Shown here: piece by piece, positions 43,654 through 52,808 of the stretch
Position numbering within the stretch: the first letter of the stretch is position 1
Layout: the number at the start of each line of letters is the position of its first letter
Source: a virus
IMG/VR virus record: IMGVR_UViG_3300045049_000339
Location: 43,717-107,716 of that record
Length of the DNA: 64,000 bases
Reading direction: 5' to 3' (one strand)
Program-made: the position numbers and the translations under genes
The notes under the pieces: model-generated
What the model saw: the letters and a program-made list of their open reading frames with translations, nothing else
What the model was told of the DNA's origin: nothing
Databases searched by the model: none

Positions 43654-46600
43654 GCCTTACCCCTTTCCTGTGCTGCGTGTGTGGCGGTCGCCATACCGGT
43701 CGCCGCCTCATGCCGGTTTTGGCAATACCCGCGTGCTTGCTCAGCCGACATGTGTTCCGAGGCAACCGCCACACACGCGTCGAAATCACCGGGCTCGCCC
43801 CAGGCGATCTGGCCGCCCGCACCCTCTTCGAACCATCGCCGAAGAGCCTCCGGATTGCCCTTGGAGCGCTTCGCGACGTCCTGGAACCCTTCCTTCGGGT
43901 ACCACTCGTCACACACGTCCTCGGAGCGCACCTTGCCCTTCACCAGCGTGCACGTCCCACCCGCGCGGAACATAGAGCACGTTCCACAGGACTGCGAAGG
44001 GTCCTCGGAATGGCGGTAATCCACCTCGTCCTTGGGCACCTTGTGGCCCTTGTTGGCCGCGTCGTTGCCCTGGTGAATCTGAGAGGAGTGCGTTTCCATC
44101 CAGGGGCCGTCGTGATAATGCACACGGCCGATGTGCATCCGGATCGGCATTCCCAGGTGCTTGTAGGCAAGCGCCCGGTGGTGCCCGTCGACCAGAACAG
44201 CCCGGTCATGGCCCGGCTCCACAATGGCAACCGAAGGCTTGGGCAGGTCGCCGGACTTGATCTTGTCGGCGAAGTGCTTCACCTTGGCCTGCTGGTGATG
44301 CGACGCCCAGGAATCCTCGTCGTCGAAATCGACCAGGGCCTCCGGGACGGTCACAGGACCGGTCCACCGTGCGTGCTTGATCCACGCGATGGACTCAGGA
44401 GGGAAATTCTCCGCCATCTGGTCATAAACGACATCTGCGGACTCCACAGGGTGCGTCGGGAGATGCATTTCTCCCTTGGCGACCTGCTGGCCCTCCACAT
44501 TGTGCGGGAACTCGGTGAAACCGCCACCACCGGCTGGGTCCTGCCAGAATTCCCGGTCACCCGGCTTGATCTCGGTCCAGACGACCTCGCCGTTGTCCAT
44601 CACCCGGCGACGGCGCTGGGCGATGTCGATCGCGGTGTCCACGTCCACACCCTTGGCCATGTGCTCGGCGATGCTGGCCAGGGAGTCGTTGTCGATGTGC
44701 CTGGCCTCCCAGGAGGAGATCAGACGCCCTTTCTTGACGTGCCTTGCCAAAGCCTCGTACTCCGAGGCGATGGCGCGCTCCTCGGGAGACGATTCGGCCT
44801 TTTTCACCGGCTTTTTGCGGGCGTTGGCCTCAGCGTTCGCATGAGCGATCGTTCCAGCCCCATTGGAGCTGGAATCGGGCTTGGAAGCCGGTTTTTTCGC
44901 CGCAGGGGCCGTTTTCTTGGCCGGAGCCGAGGAATTTGCGGCCGGAGCGGTCTTTTTGGTCGCCGAGGAGGCCGTGGAGGACCCGGAAGACGGTTTTCCA
45001 GCCGTAGAAGCCGCTGGAGCCGTCTTTTTGGCTGACGGAGCTGTCTTTTTGGCCGGTGCAGCCGCCGTGGAAGCCCCAGCGGCCGGTTTTCCGGCCGGAG
45101 CAGGCCCAGAAGGCTTCTTTGCGGGCAAACCGCCGCCGGAGCCGGAGGCTCCGGACGCCACACCGCCGTCTGGAGCCGCAGAAGGCGCCACAGGAGGCGG
45201 TGGCATCTTGTCGGAGATGCCCGCAGCCCCCGCAGCACCCTGTGGAAGCGCCTGGAACACCGGACCGGAGAAGTTCTGCGTCCGCTGCGCCTCGACGGCC
45301 TCCTGAAGCGGGAACCAGCCCTGCGGAGTCGCCCAGCCGGGGTCCGAGGTCTCAGGAAGACCCCACGGCTGCAACTTCAGCTCACCGCGCGCCTCGTCGA
45401 TGGAACGAAGACCCGCACCGACCTGCGAGACCAGCAGCTTGGTGAGAACCTCCTCGTCCTTCTCCTCCTGCGTGCCCTCGAACACGAACCGCATATCGTC
45501 CTGGCCGCAGATGACCTGGAGAATGTAGTCCATGATGTCGGCGATGAAGGTGAGCGTCGGCTTGGTCGCCTTGCGCTCCTGCACGTCCTGCGCCATCTTC
45601 GCCATCTGTCGGGCGGCGCCCGGAGAGGTCGAGGTGGACACCTTCGGAGCGATACCCAGCTCCATCGGCTGCACGTCGAACGCCATGCAGACCTGATTCA
45701 TGACGATTTCGTCGAACTGGTCCGCCAGGTGCGCCTCGCGCTGCGGCATGACCTTGGAATCGGCCGGAAGAACGATGATCTTGTGCTTCCAGGCCGGGTC
45801 ACCGGCAATCGCATTGAGCGCGTCCTGCAATTCTCGGATCTGGTTCGGCGTCATGTTGGAATTGACGCCACCCGGAGAGATGTACACCGACGGAACGGTG
45901 CCCTCGCGGAAGTAATCGAGCTGGAAACCCTGCTTCTGAAGGCCAGCCATGACCGGAATCAGGGCACGCTCAACCGGCGGGAAACCGTACGGCGTCCAGC
46001 GGCGAGGCACCATCGGCAGGTACAGAAGCTGATTCGCGTGCCAGGAGTTGACCTCCGAGCCCTTGAGCGCACCTACCTCGATGTCGTACTGCGACAGCAG
46101 CGTCATGTAGTCGCTGCGAGGCACTCCGTACAGGTACTGCTGGTATGCCGGGGCCGGAGGACGGGGCCTCGCGCCGTGCATGTCGAGCAGAGGACGGATT
46201 GTCGGCCCGTTGATGAGCGAAATCGAGTCCAGATTCGAGCCCAGGAGGCCCTTTTTGCTGGACTTGTCCCACTTGGAGCGGAAAAGCAGCGACAAAGCGT
46301 CGAAAACGAACACTTCCTCAAGGAACGCGTCGATGAACGTGTCCCAGGAGAAGTAATCCGGGTCCGGACCACGCAAAAAGAAGCGCATGGCCTCCGCACG
46401 GCGCTCCGCGAAGTCCTTCATCTGGCTCCGGGAGCCACGCATCGACTTCGCAGCGTCATGCGTGGGCATAATGTCCCAGTCAATGCCGCGAATCTCGTTC
46501 TTGCGGAGCTGGATACACGCACGTGCCACCGAATACAGGTCGGCGAGGGTCCGCAACGTGTTGAAATCCGCCAGTTTCAGACCCTCGGAGCCGGGCTGGC

Positions 46601-46931
46601 CGGTCGGAAGGTTCCAGCCGACCTCGTACTCGTACAGACGAGGGTCCGGGAAGTCGCTTCCCTGCTCCGGAGCGTCCACCGGGACCGGCAGAATCGGGCT
46701 GAACGGCCCGAAAGCGCCGTCGAGGAAGTCCTTCGGCGGCCGGGGAAGATAGGAACGGTACGCGTTCGTCCACGTACCGTCGTTTCCGCCCGTGTCGAGC
46801 TGCCGCGCCATCGGGGAAACCGACCCGAGATACCCGGTGCCGTAGCCCTCGCCGGTCGCGGCGGCAATTGAGGGGGACTGCTGCTGCCGGATGGCCTTGG
46901 CGCTCGAAATGATGGAACCGCGTCCCGGCAT
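43650..46931 (-). CDS. Portal protein with long multi-domain C-terminal extension
   Basis: VARACIQLRKNEI, INGPTIRP, YGFPPVE, YFREGTVP, VCMAFDVQPMELGI, GLRSIDEARGEL. Confidence 0.9.
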   Translation of the reverse strand: MPGRGSIISSAKAIRQQQSPSIAAATGEGYGTGYLGSVSPMARQLDTGGNDGTWTNAYRSYLPRPPKDFLDGAFGPFSPILPVPVDAPEQGSDFPDPRLYEYEVGWNLPTGQPGSEGLKLADFNTLRTLADLYSVARACIQLRKNEIRGIDWDIMPTHDAAKSMRGSRSQMKDFAERRAEAMRFFLRGPDPDYFSWDTFIDAFLEEVFVFDALSLLFRSKWDKSSKKGLLGSNLDSISLINGPTIRPLLDMHGARPRPPAPAYQQYLYGVPRSDYMTLLSQYDIEVGALKGSEVNSWHANQLLYLPMVPRRWTPYGFPPVERALIPVMAGLQKQGFQLDYFREGTVPSVYISPGGVNSNMTPNQIRELQDALNAIAGDPAWKHKIIVLPADSKVMPQREAHLADQFDEIVMNQVCMAFDVQPMELGIAPKVSTSTSPGAARQMAKMAQDVQERKATKPTLTFIADIMDYILQVICGQDDMRFVFEGTQEEKDEEVLTKLLVSQVGAGLRSIDEARGELKLQPWGLPETSDPGWATPQGWFPLQEAVEAQRTQNFSGPVFQALPQGAAGAAGISDKMPPPPVAPSAAPDGGVASGASGSGGGLPAKKPSGPAPAGKPAAGASTAAAPAKKTAPSAKKTAPAASTAGKPSSGSSTASSATKKTAPAANSSAPAKKTAPAAKKPASKPDSSSNGAGTIAHANAEANARKKPVKKAESSPEERAIASEYEALARHVKKGRLISSWEARHIDNDSLASIAEHMAKGVDVDTAIDIAQRRRRVMDNGEVVWTEIKPGDREFWQDPAGGGGFTEFPHNVEGQQVAKGEMHLPTHPVESADVVYDQMAENFPPESIAWIKHARWTGPVTVPEALVDFDDEDSWASHHQQAKVKHFADKIKSGDLPKPSVAIVEPGHDRAVLVDGHHRALAYKHLGMPIRMHIGRVHYHDGPWMETHSSQIHQGNDAANKGHKVPKDEVDYRHSEDPSQSCGTCSMFRAGGTCTLVKGKVRSEDVCDEWYPKEGFQDVAKRSKGNPEALRRWFEEGAGGQIAWGEPGDFDACVAVASEHMSAEQARGYCQNRHEAATGMATATHAAQERGKA

Positions 46932-46944
46932 GGGCTACCCCCTC

Positions 46945-49062
46945 CTACGCAGTCTCGTACCAGCCCCAGACCGAGGAAACTCGGGCTGGAGTGAGAGTGA
47001 CCTTCGAATACTGACCCGTGAGACTGATGGTGGAAACTCCATTGATCAGCTCGGTGCCGTTCGCCGTGATGTGCAGCGTGTTCGCCGAAGAATCCAGACG
47101 CAGCACCGTGATGACGTTCGGCGTCCATGCTGCCGAGATCAAGTTGATCGTCGTGCTCTGGGCCGACGCGTCCACCAAAATGGTCCGGTCGATCACCAAA
47201 ACCGAGTAGGACGCTGTGCCGGATACCACCCTGGCCGGGCTGCCCTGCTGGCCATTGACGATGTTGAGGCCGGTCGGCGCTGTGACGTTCACCGAGGACG
47301 GCGTGTACAGACCGGTGAGCACCACCGTGCCCAGCGCCGCATTCAGCGCCACACCGTTGTTGCGGTCCGTGAAGGTGGGACCGGCAATTTCGGTGTCGAT
47401 GTTGGTGAAGATCCACGGTCCGATACCGGATGAACCGGCGCCGACGATATTCATCACGTTCGTGCACGCCTCGATGGAAGCCTGCTGAATCGTGATGGCG
47501 TGAGTTGCTCCGACCGAGCTGAAATAGCTGCCGACAGGGCACAGCCCCGACCAACAATACAACACACAAAGCCTGTCGCAAACAAAATGCTCTGTGGCAA
47601 AAATTCCGAACGTGTATCCGCCGTGGCACGACACGTTCTGAGCCCTGTTGTTGTCATTGTTGCCGGACGCTGGCATCAGCAGCCCGATCACCAGACCTGC
47701 CGCGAAGTTGCTTGGCGTCTGGTAGTCATTGGCGGCAACCGAACCGGTCGTTCCGTACGCGAAGTTCTCTAGATTCGCCTCCGCCACGCCCGAAAAGTCG
47801 GCGGCCGTGTAGCCGATACCGTCGCGCGTGTGCGTGGTGAGGATGCTCAGATTCCGGAGCGTGATCAGTTTGTTATCAAAAACCGATCCCGACGTGCCGT
47901 ACCCATTGGTCTGGGTCGGACCACCGATGACCGATGGATTGCCGTTCGCGTTGATGTTCGTCGTCTGCGCCGAAGGGGAGGCGAACGCGCCGAAGCTCAC
48001 CAGCGTGGAGCCGTTGAGCTGCGGGTTGTTCTGCTGCCAGTGCTGCAATCCCGCGCCGTTGCCGACGCCCTCGATGGTCAGGCAGACCTTGTTCGCCGAC
48101 GTAGCAACCGGAGCCCCGAGCGTGATCTGAGCGTTACCGAGAGTCGGGGAACCCGTTTTGAGTGCGCCGCCGATTCCGTAGAACAGCCCCGAGCCGATCG
48201 GAACCGACACCACGGCGCTCCCATGGGCCGTCGCATACGTGAGCGCCGCGTTCACGGCCGCCTGAATGGCCGCCGTGTCATCGGTCGCCCACATCACCAG
48301 CGCACCGCTCACGGCCCCGCCAGAGGCGTTCGCGAGGGTGAGCGTGACCTGGGTGGCGGACTGGTACGAGGCAATGGTCGTCACCAGCGTCTGCACGCCG
48401 GTCGCGCCAGCGCCCTTCACCATGATGACCTTGCCGACGTCCGTGGAAACGAACTTGCCCGAAGCGGACGTGAGGACGGCGGACGCCGAAGACATCGCAC
48501 CGTCAAGTACGAACTGACCGTCGCCCTTGGCGCCGTAGGACGCGCTGGTGACATCGAAGGTATAGGCGTTCGTCCCGGCGTGGGAATCCACGTACGCCTT
48601 CGTCGCCGCGTCCGTGGAATTGACCGGCGTCGGAACGATCACTTCCGCGTTGAAGGTGTTGGTTCCCGTCCACGTGTTGTTCGTGGACAGACCGCCATAC
48701 GCGATAACGGTCGGCGCCACCTCGTACTGCGCCAGAGACGCCAGATTCACCGTGCCGGTACCGGTCGGCTGAATGTAGTACGTCACATACGTCGTGTACG
48801 GCTTGTTCTGGTCCAGCAGAATCTGCTCGGTCACCGCGTACGACCAATTCGTAGGCGTCACACCAGCCGTGTCGGTCGGAATCAGGTGCACCGTGAACAC
48901 ACCGTTCACGATCTGCGCCACAATCGGGATCTGCGGCAGAATCACCGCACCCGAGGCGTCCACCAGCTCCGCGTTCGGCGTGAAAGTGATCTGGCCCCGC
49001 GCACCGTTACCGGACGCGTCGAAGAAAGAACCGGTGAGCGTGCAGGTAGCAGGAAACGCCAT
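46945..49062 (-). CDS. Second beta-helix spike/fibre-like protein
   Basis: PTPVNSTDAATKAYVD, FDVTSASYGAKGDG, TDDTAAIQAAVNAA. Confidence 0.75.
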   Translation of the reverse strand: MAFPATCTLTGSFFDASGNGARGQITFTPNAELVDASGAVILPQIPIVAQIVNGVFTVHLIPTDTAGVTPTNWSYAVTEQILLDQNKPYTTYVTYYIQPTGTGTVNLASLAQYEVAPTVIAYGGLSTNNTWTGTNTFNAEVIVPTPVNSTDAATKAYVDSHAGTNAYTFDVTSASYGAKGDGQFVLDGAMSSASAVLTSASGKFVSTDVGKVIMVKGAGATGVQTLVTTIASYQSATQVTLTLANASGGAVSGALVMWATDDTAAIQAAVNAALTYATAHGSAVVSVPIGSGLFYGIGGALKTGSPTLGNAQITLGAPVATSANKVCLTIEGVGNGAGLQHWQQNNPQLNGSTLVSFGAFASPSAQTTNINANGNPSVIGGPTQTNGYGTSGSVFDNKLITLRNLSILTTHTRDGIGYTAADFSGVAEANLENFAYGTTGSVAANDYQTPSNFAAGLVIGLLMPASGNNDNNRAQNVSCHGGYTFGIFATEHFVCDRLCVLYCWSGLCPVGSYFSSVGATHAITIQQASIEACTNVMNIVGAGSSGIGPWIFTNIDTEIAGPTFTDRNNGVALNAALGTVVLTGLYTPSSVNVTAPTGLNIVNGQQGSPARVVSGTASYSVLVIDRTILVDASAQSTTINLISAAWTPNVITVLRLDSSANTLHITANGTELINGVSTISLTGQYSKVTLTPARVSSVWGWYETA

Positions 49063-49139
49063 TCGACCGGCCCTCCTTCGGGAAAAGGAGAGGCGCCCCG
49101 GAAACCGGAGCGCCTCCCCACTTGCTCAGCTATGCGGCA

Positions 49140-51566
49140 TTACGCGATGTCGACCTGGGTGTTGCGCTGACGGTTGCGGTTGAAGTTCCGCGCCCGCGCG
49201 TCGGCCTCGTCCGAGACGAAGTCCGCCAGGTTGATCCGGACGTTCTGCGAGACGCGCTGGTCCACGTCGTCATCGTCGAAACGACGGCGGCGAGGACGCT
49301 CGCACGGGTCGCAGCAGTCTTTCTTGCACGCCTCAAGCACGTCGATCTTCGTCTTGAGCTGCGTCTCGGTCGCCAGCGCCCGGTTGTAGCGACGCTCGGC
49401 GCCCTCCTCGTCAAGGTGACGGATCAGGTCGCGGGTACGAGTCTCGTCGTCACGGGTGCGACGCTCGAAACCGCGCATCTCGTCGAGGTTGCGGTCCGCC
49501 AGCGCACGCATGAGGTCGTGGGTACGGTCCTCACGGTCACGCAGGTAGAGCCGGGTCTCCAGCTCCAGCTTCTCGGCACGCTCACGGGTCTTCTCACCCT
49601 GGTGGCGGACATCGTCCGCGATGTGGATGAGCTTCTCCGAGGCGCGACGGTCGTGGTCCGCGAGGGACTCCGACAGCTCTTCCAGGTTGTGCGTGACCTG
49701 GCGCTCGATCTGGTGGCCCAGACGACGCTCGGCCGCGTCACGGTCATGCACAGACCGGCGCTCGAACTGGTCGAGGTTGTGCGTCTGGCGGCGCTCGGAG
49801 TCGTCGCCGTTCTTGGTGAGACGACGCTCCGCGCTGTCCAGGTTCTTCGTCTGGCGAAGCTCGGACTGGTAGATGTCCCGCTCGATGTTGCGCTGCGCCA
49901 TGTCGACGACGTCACGCTGGCGGCGCTCGAACTCACGGGTGTAGTTGCCCAGGCGGCGCTCGGCGTCACCGAGCTGCTCCTGCGTCTCCTCGGTGCCGTG
50001 GCGGACGACGCCCTCGATACGGCGCTCCGAGGCGTTGACGTGGTCGGTGACCCGGCGCTCGGAGTTGCCGACAGCCTCACCGAGGTCGCCGAACGCCTCC
50101 GCGTTCTCCTCCGCGTTGTGGGCGAGACGGTTCTCGATCCGGCGCTCGGAGTTGGTCAGGTGGTCCGACAGGCGCTCACGACCGGCGGCACCCTCACGGC
50201 GAGAGGCGTCGATGTCACGCTCGATCCGGCGCTCCGCGTCGGACAGGTGACGGTTGGTGGCGCCGAACGCCTCCGCCATCTCCTCGTTGGTGTGCGCGAA
50301 GCCCTTGGCGGTGTCACGACGGCCGCCGTCGATGTTGCCGTCAAGGTAGCGGGTGTCGGCGGCGAGCTGGCCGTTCAGGCGCCACGCGTTATTGTCCTGG
50401 CCGGTGTGCAGCCAGCGCGCGTTGTCGTTGACGGAGTCGCCGACCTCGTCGATCTCCCGGTCCAGCCAGCGGGCGTTGCCCTCCGCCTGGGTGGACAGGT
50501 AGCGCGTGTTGGCGTCCTGGCCCGTGTGCAGCCAGCGCCCCGTCGCCTCGACCTGGTCCTCAACGGCGTCCACGTCGCGGCGGATCTCACGGGCCTCGCC
50601 GCGCGTGGTCTCGCGACCCTCGTGGCCCTCCTCGCGGATGTGCCGGTGCAGGTCGCGCTGACCGCGCTCCAGCCAGCGGGCGTTGGAGTTGACCTCCGCG
50701 TCGGTACGGCGCTGGCCGTCACCGAGCCACCGGGCGCTGCCGTTGACAGCCTCGCCAACCTCGTCCACCTCACGGTCGAGGTGACGGCCGACCGCGTTGA
50801 TCTGGGAGTCGAGGTGACGGACACCGCCGGTGACCTCACCCTCGACGTCGTCGACCTCACGGGACAGCCAGTGGCCGGTCTCACGCACGTTGTGGTCGGT
50901 GTGACGCTGACCGTCCGACAGGTGGCGGCCGTTGGCGTTGACGGCCTCCTCCACGTCATCCACCTCGCGCGCGACCCACCACGCGCTCTGGTTGACGTTC
51001 GCGTCGGTCGCCTGCTGGCCACGGGACAGGAACATCGCATCCTGGTCCATCTGGCGGCCCAGCGCGAAGCCGGTGTCCGAGACGTTCTTGTCGATGGCGC
51101 GCTGCCCGGCCATCAGACGCTCATCGCCGTTGACAACGATGTTGTCCGTGTGGCGCTGGCCGTTGTGCAGGTACTCGACACCGTTCGAGATGCGGTTGTC
51201 AGTGACGCGCTGGCCCTCGGCGAGCTTGAGGTGCTCACCAGAAAGGGCCATGCCGACGGCGCCCACCTCGGCATCGGTGATGCGCTGACCGGCGATCACA
51301 CGCTCGCCCGTGTCACCGACGTGCTTGTTGACAACGTCCTGGCCCATCAGCAGGTGCTGACCGGTCACGCCGATGTTGTGGTTGATCCCGGACTGGCCGT
51401 TCAGAACAGCGTCGGTACCCGAGGTGACGAGGCCATCGGTGATGCGCTGGCCGTTGATGACGCGCTGGCCGGTCGCGCCGATGTTGTGGTTGATGTTGCC
51501 CTGACCCGCGAGAATCGCCGCGTCAAGATCATTGTCATCGCACGGCCATGGAGCGGGGGTCGACAT
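49140..51566 (-). CDS. Large repetitive coiled-coil protein of unknown function
   Basis: ATG at 51566 after AAGGAG (frame stays open to about 51938); recurrent GQR / RWL / AERR motifs. Confidence 0.85.
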   Translation of the reverse strand: MSTPAPWPCDDNDLDAAILAGQGNINHNIGATGQRVINGQRITDGLVTSGTDAVLNGQSGINHNIGVTGQHLLMGQDVVNKHVGDTGERVIAGQRITDAEVGAVGMALSGEHLKLAEGQRVTDNRISNGVEYLHNGQRHTDNIVVNGDERLMAGQRAIDKNVSDTGFALGRQMDQDAMFLSRGQQATDANVNQSAWWVAREVDDVEEAVNANGRHLSDGQRHTDHNVRETGHWLSREVDDVEGEVTGGVRHLDSQINAVGRHLDREVDEVGEAVNGSARWLGDGQRRTDAEVNSNARWLERGQRDLHRHIREEGHEGRETTRGEAREIRRDVDAVEDQVEATGRWLHTGQDANTRYLSTQAEGNARWLDREIDEVGDSVNDNARWLHTGQDNNAWRLNGQLAADTRYLDGNIDGGRRDTAKGFAHTNEEMAEAFGATNRHLSDAERRIERDIDASRREGAAGRERLSDHLTNSERRIENRLAHNAEENAEAFGDLGEAVGNSERRVTDHVNASERRIEGVVRHGTEETQEQLGDAERRLGNYTREFERRQRDVVDMAQRNIERDIYQSELRQTKNLDSAERRLTKNGDDSERRQTHNLDQFERRSVHDRDAAERRLGHQIERQVTHNLEELSESLADHDRRASEKLIHIADDVRHQGEKTRERAEKLELETRLYLRDREDRTHDLMRALADRNLDEMRGFERRTRDDETRTRDLIRHLDEEGAERRYNRALATETQLKTKIDVLEACKKDCCDPCERPRRRRFDDDDVDQRVSQNVRINLADFVSDEADARARNFNRNRQRNTQVDIA

Positions 51567-51953
51567 AGACTCCTTCTGCGGCGCATCCACGCCGCTCTTC
51601 GTCGGGGGATGAACAGGAACAGAAGAAGGTACGGTGGCCGGGCCGAAGTTGTCGACCGTCACCGTGTAATTGCCGTCGGCGGTGAACGTACCGCTGAACT
51701 CAGAGGAAGGATCGGAAGTGTCAGAGCCGTCCGCGCCCGACGCGTTGTTCGCCGATGCGACAGCACCCTTCACAGCCTCGTTCGCGGCGTGCGCGACAAC
51801 GGGCTTGGGAAAGTCTTCCGGGAAAGCCTCTTCTGGCGAGAGAAACTCGATACAGCCGTCCTGACCGGTCGGATGCCGAAGTGGTTCGAACACGATCATA
51901 ACCGATCGCGGGCGAACCGTACACGAACAACCGGTCAAAGACGGGTAATGAAT

Positions 51954-52241
51954 TCAAGTCGCGGGCGTGTCGTCCTCGCCGTCATCCCACACGTCCGAGG
52001 GGAACACAACGTTCTCCTCCCATTCACCGTTGGAGAAGAACTCCACGGCAAGAACCGTCTGACCGTCGTGGTGCCATTCGATGCGCTTGACCCGAGGGCA
52101 CGGCTGCATCTGCGCCGGAAGATTCGTCACGCGCGTGTGAATGCCGCCGCAGTACCAGCACGCGGTGACACCCTCCATGCGCCCCTCGAAGATGAGCCGG
52201 GCTTCGGCTCTCTCCGCCGGGGACAGATCCTCCGGGCTCAT
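51954..52241 (-). CDS. Small Cys/His protein
   Basis: CWYCGGIH...CPRVKRIE. Confidence 0.65.
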   Translation of the reverse strand: MSPEDLSPAERAEARLIFEGRMEGVTACWYCGGIHTRVTNLPAQMQPCPRVKRIEWHHDGQTVLAVEFFSNGEWEENVVFPSDVWDDGEDDTPAT

Positions 52242-52546
52242 CGCTGCGCCGCCTTGTCCTTGGTGAGCTGACGCAGACGATGGTACTTCTCATCGGTGGT
52301 GTGGCCGTCCCACTCCACTTCATTGGAGGCGGCACGGGGCACATGCGGGAACAGTCCCATGTCGCCGTGGGAGAGATGCCAGGCCATCTGACCGGTCGGC
52401 GTGTCGATGTAGATCAACCGCCAGCCCGGCTTGCTCGGATCGTCGTCGAACAGAATGTGGGACGGGTACAGCGCCGCGAGGTGGGCGACCAAATGCGCCC
52501 GCTCCCGGTACACCGCGTCCAGCCCATGACGGTCTGCCTCGCTCAT
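52238..52546 (-). CDS. Phage protein with WDGHT motif
   Basis: YRERAHLVA..PTGQMAWH...WDGHTTDEKYHRL; ATG at 52546 coupled to the upstream stop. Confidence 0.75.
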   Translation of the reverse strand: MSEADRHGLDAVYRERAHLVAHLAALYPSHILFDDDPSKPGWRLIYIDTPTGQMAWHLSHGDMGLFPHVPRAASNEVEWDGHTTDEKYHRLRQLTKDKAAQR

Positions 52547-52737
52547 GCCGTGGCCGTCCGGATGATCAGAGGGTTCAGGCTGAATGGCACCATCATCAGA
52601 CCCTGCGGAGGAGAAGAGGCGTCGATGAACACCACGTAGTCCTCCGTCGTGGTGAACTGCTCCGCCTGCACCGTGATGACCGGGGGAAGGTTCGTGACGA
52701 AACCCTCTGGAAAAACCTGGACCTGGTACGTGTTCAT
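52543..52737 (-). CDS. Hypothetical protein
   Basis: GGGGAG RBS; 64 aa. Confidence 0.6.
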   Translation of the reverse strand: MNTYQVQVFPEGFVTNLPPVITVQAEQFTTTEDYVVFIDASSPPQGLMMVPFSLNPLIIRTATA

Positions 52738-52751
52738 TCCGAGTCTCCCCT

Positions 52752-52787
52752 TGAATGCGCTGAATGCGCTGAATGCGCCGAATGTGT
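52752..52787. repeat. 9-bp tandem repeat TGAATGCGC x3 plus one degenerate copy
   Basis: Seen directly between terL and the next gene. Confidence 0.8.
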
Positions 52788-52808
52788 TCGGAACAGTTAG
52801 TTCGCGCG

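Noticed and set aside
15566-52271. Long antisense ORFs (e.g. 15566-17422, 26915-29503, 38451-40319, 40929-43499, 49122-52271)
   Set aside because: Shadow frames of GC3-biased genes on the opposite strand, with no motifs or RBS
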